Assembly: GCA_030141605.1 (NCBI GenBank) | Contig: JAQGDQ010000018.1 | Location: 1,054,001-1,118,000, forward strand | Source: Tubiluchus corallicola | Taxonomy: Eukaryota; Animalia; Priapulida | DNA length: 64,000 nucleotides | Direction: 5' to 3' | Shown here: one piece after another, positions 50,601 to 64,000 of the stretch | How positions within the stretch are numbered: the stretch's first letter is position 1 | How the letters are laid out: each line of letters begins with the position of its first letter | Position numbers and translations under genes: made by a program | Notes under the pieces: generated by a model | Databases searched by the model: none | Told to the model about the DNA's origin: nothing | The model's input: only the letters and a program-made list of their open reading frames with translations

Positions 50601-53370
50601 TACGTGACTTAATAAAGAGAATAAATCAAGACTGTTTTGACATAATACACTGCAACACTGCAGGAGTATAAGGTTGAGCGGTTATTCATACAAGACGTGT
50701 GAATAGACAGCACGATTTGAGAACACCATTGTAGCAATTCCACAAAAGCCACTCTGTTTTTTCAAAGATTCCAGAAAACAAGCTAAACTATGGCAAAGCC
50801 AAAATAATAGAGAGCAAGACAGTTTTATTAAACACTATATTTCTAGGTTAAAACCAATTTTCCCCCAATTTTTCCCACACTTTGCCTCATTTATTTGTTT
50901 GTTTATTCTAATCAGTGTTTTTGCTTTATTACTTAACAAAACTTTTTGCTTATTCATTCTCTTCACTTGGTAATATACCATTTGCAACTGAATACTAATA
51001 AGTGTTAAATACTGTCTTCTTTTTTTTACAACAGGTTATAATTTATATAAGTTTAAGCCTCTATACTTGTTTCTATATCTCTTTTGAGTTAACTTCTTAT
51101 TTGACTTAAAGGAAAGGCCAAGCCTTCTAGGAGAATAGGCTTATTTCAATGTTCACAAAAAATGTTAGAAGGATTTAGTAACAAAACTGCAGTAAGCGCC
51201 TCTTGTAACTAGAAAAAATCACTTTAAAGGCACAATCACTTCATAATTGGGCGTTCCCATTTTAAAAGCCCATTCTTCTTTCAATGACGTCATTTGTTTT
51301 GAAGAAAAGTAGCATGCTGTCAATCTTCATCAAACGTTTTCATAAAAAATTAGATAGCTAATTTTGTAATATCTTTGCGTGAACATTAGGTAAGCTGCAG
51401 AAGTTTCAATTAGTCTAAGCAGTAAGCTTACGAAAAGTCACAAAATCTCCCAGTTACGACATGATTTTCAAGTGAATGGTGTCAATCACTACGCCAGAAA
51501 ATTTCTATTCATAGGTGGTATATTTTAAATTTATGCTTTATAGGCAATTTTCAGCAACACTGCACCTTATTACGGTGAGCGAGTCATGCTTTATTACTAT
51601 AGCGTAAACATAGTGTCTGCTTATTTTTGGTATGAAAGAAGAGTTTATCCCCCATTTGCATACGAAAAACAAAAGGATTAGATTAAAAAAACTTTTTTCT
51701 TATATTATGCTGAACTTTTTAATTTTTTTCTGAGATGAATATGTTTATCTTGTCAATTGAATACATATGCGTCTTCCCATTATAACAGTTTTATCTCACT
51801 AATTAGCATTGTTAGTGCTTGAACATTTGATAATGTAATACATAAGTTTTAGGGTCAGTTAATATTTCTACAGATAAATACCTTTAAAAAGAATGTGAAT
51901 ATCCTCTTACTGTGCATGCCCGTTTTAATTTTTAATAATTATAAAATGTTTTTTACTGGAGTTCTGCTGCTTAACATGATACTCTAAGGAAATTGCAACA
52001 ACAGTGAACCATTGTCTGCATAGTGACAAAATTATTAGAATTTAGTTATTCAGTTAGAACATTTTTTACAAAATGCAAAATTCTAAAACATTATTTTTGA
52101 AGTATCAAAGTGCTTTACTCCATTACTAAATGAGCATTCTACACTCATAGTGCACAATATTTTTTGACAGGGTTATCAGTTAAAAACTCTTCAAACAAAC
52201 ACTTTACGTACAGCATAATTAAACACATAATTACAGCAATAAATAGTCCTTACGTTGGGGCAATAGGCATTTGAGACCTTTAAGTGGTCAAAATACATGT
52301 AGTTCAGTAAGGAGTTTTGTAACCGTTTGTTGGCATTAAGGAAACAAAATTTAGGTTTTAATTCACAAACAGAAATTACTGCTTTCTAATCAGTGAATTA
52401 AATTAGCTTTATACGTTACACATTATAAGTCACGGCCCATTCAAACCTTTAGCTCCGAGGAATCTAAGAGAAAGTGAAGTAACTTGATGTTTTAACTCAG
52501 TATGCCAATCGAACGTAATTATACTTTTTGCAGGCTTCAGTTAAATGCAAATTTGTAAAATGGCCTTTTTATTTTTTAACAGAAATGACGTATAAAACCC
52601 TACAAAAATTGAATTGGAATATGGCAGTCATTGATTGTAATACAGCTTTGATAAGCAAAATAATAAAATAACTAATTAATATGGGACCTGGCTCACATAA
52701 AGATGCTTTAAAATGTTAACAATGACAAACAAAATAATAAACCAAGCAAGTAATAGTGGCACGTTATGATATTCATACCATAAATTATTTGGCAACAGGT
52801 GCATGTAACAGTTCAGCAACTCTTATAAAGTTTTTTGTAACAATAAACAAAATAAAGCAAAAAAACTATTAATTGGTAGCTTATGCAACACACAGCACTA
52901 TATCAAAGCTAACAATTTGCAAGACAATAAAAGGAGACCAACTAATATTTACAGTGCAATTATTATATTATGAAGAAAAATGGTACCGAAGAAAAACGGT
53001 ACGGCTACAGACTGTATAATGCCATATCACCATTTTCATAAAGTTGACATGTACTTTTCAATGATGTGCAGGGCACATGGTCAAACGTTGTATGTCGTAA
53101 AAATTGTCAAAATACGTATGTTTTGTAAATGTCATGCAAGGATCCTTATTTGTTGAAACTTAACTGATGGAGCATTGATGAAAAATAATTCTTTAACTCA
53201 CATTTGCAGCTACCTCTAATTATTTTGGCTATTTTTGGAACTTTAATTTGGGTAGCTATCGTGTAAGGAACCCAGTATTGGGTTATATTATACACTCAAT
53301 CTCTAAACAAACTTTTTTGTGGCGCTTGCACTTTAACTTACAAAGATTGTAATGATTTGCTACGTCATAT

Positions 53371-55485
53371 ATGTACGTCCAACAGGGAACAGTGCTGGGA
53401 CCATTGCTATGTTGTGCTGCAATAAACCAGATTAATGAGATGGTGATAACAGGGACTGTAATGGACAGGCATATACATGTGGGTATGTTATTATTCATTG
53501 ACGATATTGTGGGAATAGGACAAGAAACTATAATCAAACAGATGATAAAAAAGTCAAGAACCAAAAGATTATCATTCAATATACAGAAAACACAATATAT
53601 GAGAACAAACATGACACGAAAGAAAGGGATTCCAGAATTATGTGAGTCACTAAGGAATGGAGAGGTTAAGGAAGCAGAGGAATACCAATATTTGGGAGAT
53701 TGGATTAATACAAAATGTAGTTATGAAACAATGTTGGGAAAACGAACTGGGAAAAATAAAATGATAATTAGTTATATCAATACAATAGGAGGTGAGCTGA
53801 AAGTGGGAGATTGCTCAATAGGGGTTAAACTAATGCTATACGAGCTTCTTTCAGTGAGTGCAGTGCTAAATAGTTCTGAAACATGGTCAAATTTGACAAC
53901 AACTGATTGGGAGAAATTAGAAATGATTCAAGCAAATGCTTTAAAAACCTTATTTAATCTTAGCGAATCAACGCCATACTGGGGATTAGTAACTGAAACA
54001 GGCATATGGCCTCTAAAACATAAAGTGAATTATAGGAGATTGATGTTCTATCGGAATTTACTGATTAGTAAACCAAAGAGATTAGCATCAGAGGTACTCG
54101 AAATGCAAATAAACAGTGCACATGAAAGGTCAAGGTATAATGAAGTAGTTGAGGCTGCAAAAAATATACCATAGATGCTAATAAAGAAAGGGTAAAGGTC
54201 ATGAAAAAGTCTAAATGGAAAAAAGAAATAAAGAATAAGATTGAATGTTGTATAAAGAATGAATGTGCAGAAAAATGCAGGAGCAACACTAAATTAAGAT
54301 TTTTAAGGCATACCTAGTGGAAACAACAAAATTACATAGACACATGTAAGCCAGAAGAGGTTAAAGACATATTGAAAATAAGACTGAATATGATTAAAGT
54401 TAAAGGGAAATACAAGAACGAATTTAAGGATCAGTTATTATGCCCAGTGTGTGGGGAAGATGATGATACTACTAAACATATACTTAGATGTGACAGATAT
54501 GGAGAATGGAAAAAAATTTTGAACTCAGATATATTAATGAACAGTGAAAAGGATTGCTAGAAATTAGAAATCGGCGCTATTACACTTTCGCACCGCCTAG
54601 CTTTTCCTGGCCTATTGGTTGTTTTCATGCCTGCAGGCCAGAAAGCAGACCAACAGGCGTAATATACACCATATTCCCATAATATTATTGCTTCTTGCGC
54701 TTTATAAGTCCAGATTAAAATCAGATTAAAATCATGCATTACTTACCTACAGCCGCCATTAAAAGCTGCACGTGAATAACCGTGTTTACATCACTGATGC
54801 GCAATCGCTCTCGCGCAGTGACGTATGTGGCCCTTAACCTGTATTTTTGGTTTCTTCGCATAATTTATGATTATTAGGGTTGCAGCTACGGAAGTTTGTA
54901 TCGTACCGGGGGAAATTATTTTGGACCACTACAGTTATTTATCATTAATTTTATTTATTACTGTAGTATTATTACTATTAGATTATAAAAAAAGTAAAGG
55001 TTTTTTCTTTATTTCGTAAATGCGGTGAAGATGAAAGTGTGTCACGTGCCTTTTAAGCTAGGCCCTGATAATGCATAAACTAGTACGAAATTTGTCACGT
55101 GACTACACACACAAACAAGATGGCGATACGCCCTGTATAGGCGTAGAACTGTGAATACAGCGTAATTATTGGTAATTATACCTAAATATATTATTAAATT
55201 ACAATTAGATTAGCGGAAACATTCACTGATGACGTAAGAAAAATAGAATGATGACTTACGAGCCTGAAAACGAGTAATAACCTATAAAAAGCTAGGCGGT
55301 GCGAAAGTGTAATAGCGCCTTAGAAATCTAGTGAACAAAAGCATGGAATACAGGATAAAGACAAATAAAGACATTAAACTTGGAAAAGACAACTAAAAGA
55401 TCAGCGTTATAGAAGAATAGATTTTGCACCCTATAAAGGTGCCGGCCTCTGATAGGTGGAGAGAGTCGAGTATCGCAATCGCAAT
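53371..55485 (+). mobile_element. 5'-truncated non-LTR retrotransposon (RT C-terminal half and CCHC), interrupted by a MITE
   Basis: QQGTVLGPLL, LLFIDD, YQYLG, SSETW, STPYWG and CPVCGEDDDTTKHILRC; frame breaks near 54172 and 54315; the element resumes after 55319. Confidence 0.9.
54573..55319. mobile_element. Mutator/MULE-like non-autonomous element, 747 bp
   Basis: Perfect 33-bp TIR GGCGCTATTACACTTTCGCACCGCCTAGCTTTT and 9-bp TSD TTAGAAATC (54564-54572, 55320-55328). Confidence 0.92.
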
Positions 55486-57882
55486 ATATACGCATACGTA
55501 GAGTAAAAATATTCAATAGCTGAACTACGCCATAAAATTTCACAAATTCTTGATCTGCAGTAATTTGAGATATGTGGGTTCTATTTAAATACATATATAA
55601 GTCATTACGTACATCCATATAAAAGCGACACAAAGAAATTAAAACAACATCATGCTTCGAAAAACTCTACAAAATATTTGGAAAATTGGAGAAACGCAAT
55701 AAAGAATTCCTTAATGACAACTGATCCTACATCATCTTCACAAACAGCGAGTTCTGCACACACTGGCTGCTTAGTCGCGATCGGAAGTGGAAAGGTGGAA
55801 CCCACATATGCAGCACATTGGAAAAACTCATCGGTTAATTATGTTAACAGCACGATAATAATGGTGTAACGCAAATACCAGCTGAAAATAATACTAGCAG
55901 TTTTTCTTTGTAGTAACATAAAGTATACCAAATGATTTTATATTGTCCAATTGACTATTAATAATAAAATTAATTCAACTTCATCCAAAGAATGTTGATT
56001 ATTTCTCAGAATATTTATTCCAATGATGTGCCTACAAATTTCGTAAAAAAATCAATATTTCCATTTCCATAATTTGTCCTGTCAACAGTACAGTCTAAGT
56101 ACTAGCAAAATTGCTAAAAGAAACAGAAATAAAAACTATTTGTCTCTAAAGTCTACCATAATTTAGTACAGAATAGTACCAGAGTCGAATGCAGGAACTA
56201 AAGTTTTTGTTAATTAGTAATCCATTAGTAATGAAAAATAATTACGCCAAATTGTAGTTGGACTTGTCAGATGATCCAAAAGGTTTAAGATCGGCAATTC
56301 CCTCTGTCAAAGGCACTTTCTAGTTTGCAACTCACAATTATTTTGCTATAAAGAAGAAATCTTACATTTTGCGCTCACTAATGCACACTACAGCTTGTCC
56401 TCATCTAAAAACTATACAATAGGTTTGCGACTGCCAATTACTAGCACATATTCTACTTCATGGTCCCGGTTAGGCTAAGTGTCAGTCTCGCCAGTGCGTC
56501 TAAGGTACCAATTCAATGCCATACATTAGCTGTTCTATATATATCATCTATGACCATGTCGACCACTCACATCAGCTTTAACAGCTGAAGTGCCAGAGAA
56601 ATTTATATTGACAATATCGACCTTGAATGAGTATTAACTAAATCTGTTGGGGGTATGTTGGGCATTATCAATTGTATTTTGCAACTGTTTCCCGCTTCTT
56701 AATAATTATGTCATTATGATCATACGATCATCGTCACAATTATTATCACTGCTACCACACTGCCACCACCCCCAGCTACTGCCACCACCACATGTTAGCG
56801 ATTTTTTACTCTGTGATCCAGATTTATGCTATGAAAGAAAATTATAAAATTAATGTCGAGTAAAGTCAACATAATTAAGCGACTATAAGTCAATGGTTGA
56901 CTACAACTGGGAAGCAGGGGGATTCCGTCTAAGGGGAAATTTTTGCTTTTCAAGAAGGAAATTGAAACCACAGATTGACAGACTCACAAGGCAGAATTAT
57001 GTGAATATTGATCTTCTGCAAACTACAGTTCAACAGTACACAGCATATAGGACATCATACTATTAAATGCCATAGACTAATTTAAAAACAATAATTACTT
57101 CTATTCAAGCTTTAAAATCTACCAAGATTTAAATTTAAAAAGCTAAGGCTGCTTCTGTTCAACTTTTAGAATCCACCAACATTTGCCATATTCGCTATTA
57201 AGTTTGCAAAGGCCATCATGACAATAATCCAAATAAATCTCAAATGTACTAATCAAACTAGGGAAGCCTCGTAACTTCTGACATAATTATTATGGCAAAA
57301 GGCACGCAGAGGACAATGTACTAAACTAATCCAGAAGGCGAAGCAATGGGTTACTTACTTATTTAGCTTATTCGTTGTCCTTCAAAATGGTCAGCAGGAC
57401 TTGGAGGGCTTAAATCACTCTGACTTCTAACTCAAACTGCTTGCTACACTCATAGGTTTCTTTTGGTCAAAATAAAACGTTGGTGAAATTGATTGAGTAA
57501 TAATCGATCAATTCGATTACTTGCCCAAGGTTGCTCGTACCAGTTAATTTGTTAAATATGAAAAACGCAAAATATATTTGAAATGATTTTCAATAGGGAG
57601 AGAAGAGACAATTTACGTCACATATATAGCAAGTAGCAATGCAATAGCGCCATTGACTAGCAACTCGAGTTGAAGAACAGTAGATTGTAGTTCGTTCAAG
57701 CAAAAATTTTAACGTGTTTTATATTCTGAAGTCAGTAAGAACCAAGTTTGTTTGTTAGCAGCTTTATATGCTGGCCCTAATTGTCTGTATAGTAATTAGG
57801 TGTAGTGTTAATTAAGTGATATGTCAGAACTTACAGTTGCACTGTCTAGTACCCTGAATTTCTTACTGCCATGATGTCACTA

Positions 57883-58184
57883 GTATTACTACAAGTCAAG
57901 CTGCAGTCTGTCACCCGTGTCCATGTCCATGAAATACAATACTGGAGAACACGGATCTATCAGCATACCGAAAGTTATTGGCTATAAAACAAAATTATAA
58001 AACCGGATCCATATCTCTAAAGACAGTGAACAGGAAAACACGGTAGTGACTCACTACTGTGCTATAATTTTATTTTCTTGCTAATAACTTTCGGTATACT
58101 GATCAATCCGTGTTCTCCAGTATTGCATTTCGTGGACACCGAGGGTGACGGACCGCGGCCTGACACGTAGAGTCGTAGTAATAC
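57883..58184. mobile_element. Fold-back (palindromic) MITE with about 120-bp arms
   Basis: GTATTACTAC...CAATACTGGAGAACACGGAT...ATACCGAAAGTTATT mirrored by AATAACTTTCGGTAT...ATCCGTGTTCTCCAGTATTG...GTAGTAATAC. Confidence 0.85.
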
Positions 58185-59434
58185 AATATATATCTGTATA
58201 ACTATCAAAGTTCTTTGTAACTATGGCCTTAGTGCTACGTTTTCTACATTTAGATTCAGAATAAGATTTGTCGTATTGCTAAACCGGCTGCTTTTGCAAA
58301 TTTTGCGAAAGATAATGAACAATAGTTTGAAATTTTGTAAAATTATCAATTGAAGTGTCTAAATTTTAGTCATGTTTCTTGAGAGAGCATGAATGTGGTA
58401 AGTGGTTTTATCATGTATTTTTTAAGAAAATTTAACTATATGCAATTATAATGCATTGTGTATAATTAAATAGTGTACTAAAAATTCTACTAAACTATAG
58501 TCTATTACTATTAGTATTATGTATGTGGAATATCATGTTATATGTACATGATCAGACAAGCTAATTTATTCTAGTCCTAAGGGGTTAATACAACTGCTTG
58601 CGTCAAGTTATTAAACTCAGAACTGCCTCGGGTGTAACTGCCAGGTATTGGAGCACTGGAATTTCGCATTGTCTTTCCTGCAAGTCTGCAAGACACTAGT
58701 CACACTACGTGGCATGTTCACGCTTGCTCGGCAACCCCATACCGCCTTGCTTCATGTCGCAAGTTCATAGTCGAAGACAGTATAGTCTCGTGATAACGTG
58801 TCCGCTTTCAGTTTGAGAGGCCATGAGTCCAATACTGCAGCCGTTTTTTACCAAATACTTTAAAAATGGGGCTAGATTGCAGTTTAGGTGGTTGTTCTTT
58901 GAGTCGCTCTCACATCACCTAAATCAGAAATATCGCCGAAAGCAGGGCTACAATAGAAAGATGCATCTTTTATCCACCCGCTGATGTAAAGAAAAGTTGA
59001 AACATACCTCCTACTCGCAAACAATTAATTTTAAAGAACTTATTGTTAGCGACATGATAACGGACTAAGATCAAGAGATTTCATGAAATATTTTCATTTG
59101 GGAATTACCTGAGAGCAATATTTTTTATCTACTACTGTGCGCCACAGCCTAGGAGATAACAGCTCTTCACAAAAAGGAACTAAAGGGTAAACTTACTGAA
59201 AAGTTAAAAAGAGTTTTGGGCAAATTTTCTCAACGTGTGCCATTTTGCAGCGTTTGTGTGTGGCAGTAAGTGGCGTACTCTACCAACGTTAATTCATAAC
59301 TTTTGTTTCTGTTTCGAAACATGCCGCAACCAGCAAAGCAGGGTTGCGGTTTATACAATAAAATAATTAATCTTGGAACATACGATAGTTTGAGACTTCA
59401 TACCGTACAGAAAAGGTTACTGTACGAGGATTGT

Positions 59435-59800
59435 TAATTAGTTAGTTAGCTAAGCTAGTCATTTAGTCAATCAATAGTTTTGGTGAGTTTGCAGTATATC
59501 AGGTTAGGTAGGTCAGCTTGGTATTCTTGGCGGTTTGGCGATGGAGCAGGAGAGGGAGGGGAGGTTTGGAGTGGGAAGAAGATAGAGTGTTGGCAGTGGG
59601 ATTGATATAGGAAGGTAATAAGGTGTGAGGAGAACCACCTAAACTGCAAATGTGCCAAAAATGGTACCTGTTGTTGTGGTATTTAGCGTAAAAGTGGGGT
59701 AATAATAATCTTGTGTTTTGTAGGTGTAGTTTGTTACTTACAGTCGGCAATAAAATCCTCATAGTAGGCTTGTGTTGTTTGTTGAATTTAAAACTAACTT
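59435..59800 (-). mobile_element. Possible LINE 3' end with short-repeat tail
   Basis: C/A-rich minus-strand sequence ending in ATTGATTGACTAAATGACTAGCTTAGCTAACTAACT; no clear protein motif. Confidence 0.3.
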
Positions 59801-60789
59801 TAAATAAAGATTATATTATTATATCACCTTGCTGTGTTCTGCCTTCCCATGTACCGTGGTGCTGTATGCTGCTTCGCTGTTTAAGCAAATGCAAGCTTCC
59901 CACGTAAAATGCATTTTAGTGTATATGCAGTTGTTATTTAATAATAGTAACAAACAGTTATTATGAATGTCAATTACCTGCTCAAGTAGTTTTGATTTGC
60001 CATTAATATTATTTCTCTGTGACAACAGTAATCTTTTTTTGCACAATTTTACTACAAATGGTGACAGTTTCTGCGTTGTTTCTTATGGGGCTTATGCAGT
60101 CTGGGGATTTTCCGACTTTCAGTTTTATTTACTCATTTTGCTTATGTATGTAGACATAAGTGGATGTTGACATGTCAAGTTATTGTATAGTTATGAAATT
60201 ATGAAGTTTTTTTGGTGTTGTGCATGATAACTTTGGAATAATCAACGATTTTTAGCAAGAAGTTGTACAACTTTGCAACTAAACAACTATATTCGTTGTG
60301 CTAATGCTAACTAGCAGATGAGATGGGTAGGTTTTTGCTTTGCCTTTTGTGCAATAAAAAGCAGTAACTGCATGGACCTGCGCAAGACTTTTTTTGGCTC
60401 GCAGCATTACTTTTTATGTCACTTTGCTGCAGCACCCTTCACATCAATTTGACTGTAAGAGAGGAGACCAAGTAGGAAGCCAATTGTCTGCTACTTTTAT
60501 GCACTCCCTGCAGTGGTTCGAAAATTTGTTTATATGGCAAATTCGATTATTTGTATGTCTTATTAATACTTGTATTGTATTTCTAGCCTCAATTATATAT
60601 TGTAAATGTTCATGTGCGCATTACAATTCGTCATAAAACTTAGACAGTAAACAGAATTAACTGAAAACCTGTCTAGATGCTCATGCTCAGCTGACAGATA
60701 AAATAATCTAACACTTTGTAAACAATATTCTAAAATAGTTTTTATCACTTCTTTCATAGACCTGAACTGGAGCATAATAGAAGAAAATA

Positions 60790-61430
60790 ATCAGCTCGGG
60801 GAGGCTTGTAAAAATAGATACGTTTTAAGGTTTTCCCCAAGTAGGCGTAATGAAATGCAGAACGTATCTCATCTGGCAACTCGTTCCATTCTTTCGAACT
60901 GAGAATGATCTATTAGCAAAAGTTTTGGCTGTGTAAAAAGGTTCATGCAGTGCAATTCCATGCTCAGAGCGAGCACATGCTCCAGTTCGTCTAGCATAAG
61001 TTTTAGTCAACAAATTTTTATAAATATGATGGACCTAAACATGAATATATTTAAAAACAGCACAAATCAATTTAAACACTATTCTAATTTTGATTGATAA
61101 CCAGTGTAACATATAGAGAGCTTGTTGACTAGAGATATCACAGTTATACAACATTACTACTTTAGGCTAACAGTTCGATTATGTGTAGACTGTAATAGAT
61201 TTAGTGTGCAGACAGGTAGGCCATATAATGAGTTTGAAAAACCCAAGTGAAACATAAGAAGAGCATATATGTACAATAATTTTGTAGTACTCTTGAGTTG
61301 GGTATTCGCAAATTCATCATATTTGAAGTGTATTATAGTTTGCATTATTTTGCAATAATGTAAATATAACACTTTATTTAACTGTAATGTGAGTATTTAA
61401 TGACAGGTTTCTATCCTAGCAATATATTAC
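60790..61430 (-). mobile_element. L2-clade LINE ORF2 3' fragment
   Basis: NSLYGLP..LNLLQSTHN...LHWLSIKIRIVFK...KTFANRSFSV...WNELPDEIRS...LKTYLF follows the L2 C-terminal consensus; frameshifted. Confidence 0.8.
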
Positions 61431-64000
61431 AATCATGGAAGGTGGTGGGTAACTCATAAACATTAATACTGTTGCCTCTAACTGAATAACATTCTTAACA
61501 GTACAATATACATAATATATACCACAACTTTCTGCCCTTTGATATAATTCCTTACTGGAAAGGCCTACTTACAGTCAAGTCTGTGCACTAGTGTATGTTT
61601 ATTGGTTTCCCATTGTTAGGCAGCTTTGGCTGAATAATGAAAAAAACAAAAGCAGTAACTCTACATGTAACTCTAACTTATTAGTAAATATTAGGTGTTT
61701 AGGGTTTGTTAAAATCCGCTGTGGCACACTAAAAAAATATGGGTACATGACTAACATGAGAGCTGCTAGATCTCAAAGGCTCATTATGGATTAAGCTTAC
61801 AAGTAAGCTGCAGTTATATAATCACTTTAGATGTTTTGTTAGTAAATTATGAAAACTGGAGACATTTAGTTTGAATCTTTTTACTTTTCGATTATTTTTT
61901 AAATATTTGGACTGAATAAGCACAGAAGGCTCTTTACTAATTTTTGTGAGAGATGCACAAGAAATGATGATATGTCAAAAAATTGGTGGACCATGTTATA
62001 TCGGCTAACCATTCATTGGACAAATCTTGCATCCACGTCACTGGTCAGGATAATAAATCCAGCAAACTGGTTGTCAGAGAAACTGTTCACAATGAGCAGA
62101 AATTAGTTCTTAAAATGATATGAGGTTCTCCAAAAACTTATTATCATTGTGAGATACTGTATTCGCTGTAGTTGGCATAATCTGTTTTAGTTTGGGATAT
62201 AGAATCTGCAAGAAAAGCTAGATAGTCCAGAGTACCTTCAGCATAGAATGAATTTTGAATTTACTAGTTAGCTTCCCATCACTTATAAATTAAATTGCTG
62301 CATAAAAAGATGAGTCATCAGTTTCCTTTTAAAGAATTTAAATTTGAGCATTCTAGTCATGAATGATAACGCATTCGGCCTATGTTCTTTTCACAAGACT
62401 CAACTATGTATGCAAGCAACTTTGGAACTATCTAGCTAGCATTTAGACCACTTTGCCATTTATAAGTGAGCACTTAGATAATAGTGCATGTTTTGATGTT
62501 AAACTGAGTTTAGGATTTAGCTGTTAATAGCCTATTACAAGCAGCTTTTGCTTTTTGGATATGCTGTTGTGACAAGTTTGGTGATTGACATGAAAATTAA
62601 TGTGAAATGTCGACTGAATGATCCCTTGTGGACTAATGTTCTTTGTATGTAATGTTAATTGACCTAAAACACTCGTAAACTTACTTACTTATGAACATAC
62701 TGACCTTCTATTCAGATGCTGTATAGCAAGTGTCCAACTAATACAACAAAGTAACTTACCCAAACAGTCACAGAATAAAGTTCATTAGTAATTTTTGTAC
62801 ACTTCATTGCTTCTTTCCTCAAATTTTAATCTGAAATCAGGATGTTCTGTTCTTTGAAGAAAAGCATCTAGCTAAATCAAAAGTAACGATTTACTTTTAT
62901 ATCATAAGTTTGGTACACCAGTTAATGTCCTGTAAGTCTTGAAAGGCAGTATTTCCCATCATTTAATGGACAAATTCTTGTAGTTTTATACTGAACTAAA
63001 AACTATTGAAATAAAAAATACAATTGACTCTTCTTATTGCATATTTTTCACAATATGTAATCAGATCTAGTAACTTCTTTGCCAAAAATTTATTAACTTC
63101 GTGTATCACTGTGTTAATGTCAAAAAACAATTGGCATACAAAATTTCTCTTTTTTGGGGGTAAGTTATTTAAATTTAAATCTTATTTCATTAGGAAGCTG
63201 ACAACGTAGTTGGTTATGGCATGAAAAATAAAGTTCTTTATTTATATTACGAAGTGTAGGGTGATGACTGGTCCTAGCTTTTTTCATTTGTTTGACTTAG
63301 ACGCTTGTGTAACCATTTTCCCAACAAATAGGCGATTTAGACTCGTATTTTTTCTATTTACAATTTACCTACAGTTTATTAGGACTTTTGTTTACATACT
63401 GTTTGCTAATGATTTCATTATCTGCACTGAAAAACTGGTAACTGTTACATGTTTTATAGGGAAATGGGACGTTTTGTGTAATTATTATTATGCTGTTTTT
63501 GGAAAACTTTTGTGTTTTAAATAAAAATTGTGTGTTGATTAACAGTTATACATGTTTACTAATGTTTGATGTGTTTATTAAGAAAATCGCACGTTTTTAC
63601 CACTGCCACGATACCATAAGCATCTCCCTACTCTGACATGGTGCAGGTGACAGAGCGTGACAGTTCTAAACGCAGGGTTTTGAGTTGAAGTCTCTAGTGG
63701 TTCACGATTTTTCAGCATTTCCTTGCTTCTGCTCATTAGCGGCAAGGTTGTTTTTATAACATCTGGCATTCACAGTCATAATCTAATTAATGATAATGTT
63801 GACTACTGTAGAAACAATTCTTTATTAATGTTATATTTCTTTCTGTGAGAAGTTGATACATGTATACTTTGTCCAGAAAAATTGAGAAAAATTTCAATCT
63901 CAGACAGGAATCAAACTCAAGACCTTCTGCTTACAGTACCAAGATACATGTCAGAAGAGGCGTAAAAGATCTATTGGAGTGCAGTAGTTATTTGGCACCC

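Noticed and set aside
63578-63769. 63-aa minus-strand ORF near the window end
   Set aside because: No homology recognised and no convincing splice pair; cannot be supported from this window.

Overview
AT-rich invertebrate (metazoan) genomic DNA with spliceosomal introns and many transposon relics. Four protein-coding units lie on the minus strand. In transcription order: (1) an 8-coding-exon, 265-aa hnRNP C/RALY-type RRM protein (46965-41408) whose C-terminus carries a BCL11-like CCHC + C2H2 zinc-finger pair instead of the usual coiled coil; (2) intronless RIIAD1 (35444-35151); (3) intronless Chibby/CBY1 (34993-34604), 157 nt downstream of RIIAD1; (4) a 6-coding-exon, about 1208-aa ZFAT orthologue (32189-20100). 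The most notable structure is that the two ciliary ORFs sit as an apparent bicistron between a non-coding leader exon (about 36058-36000) and the first coding exon of ZFAT, with splice sites that could let one promoter yield three unrelated proteins. The rest is intronic or intergenic: a non-LTR retrotransposon interrupted by a 747-bp Mutator-like MITE (9-bp TSD), other LINE remnants, several MITEs and micro/minisatellites. Gene models were assembled by eye from splice consensus and phase; family calls rest on recalled sequences, not searches.
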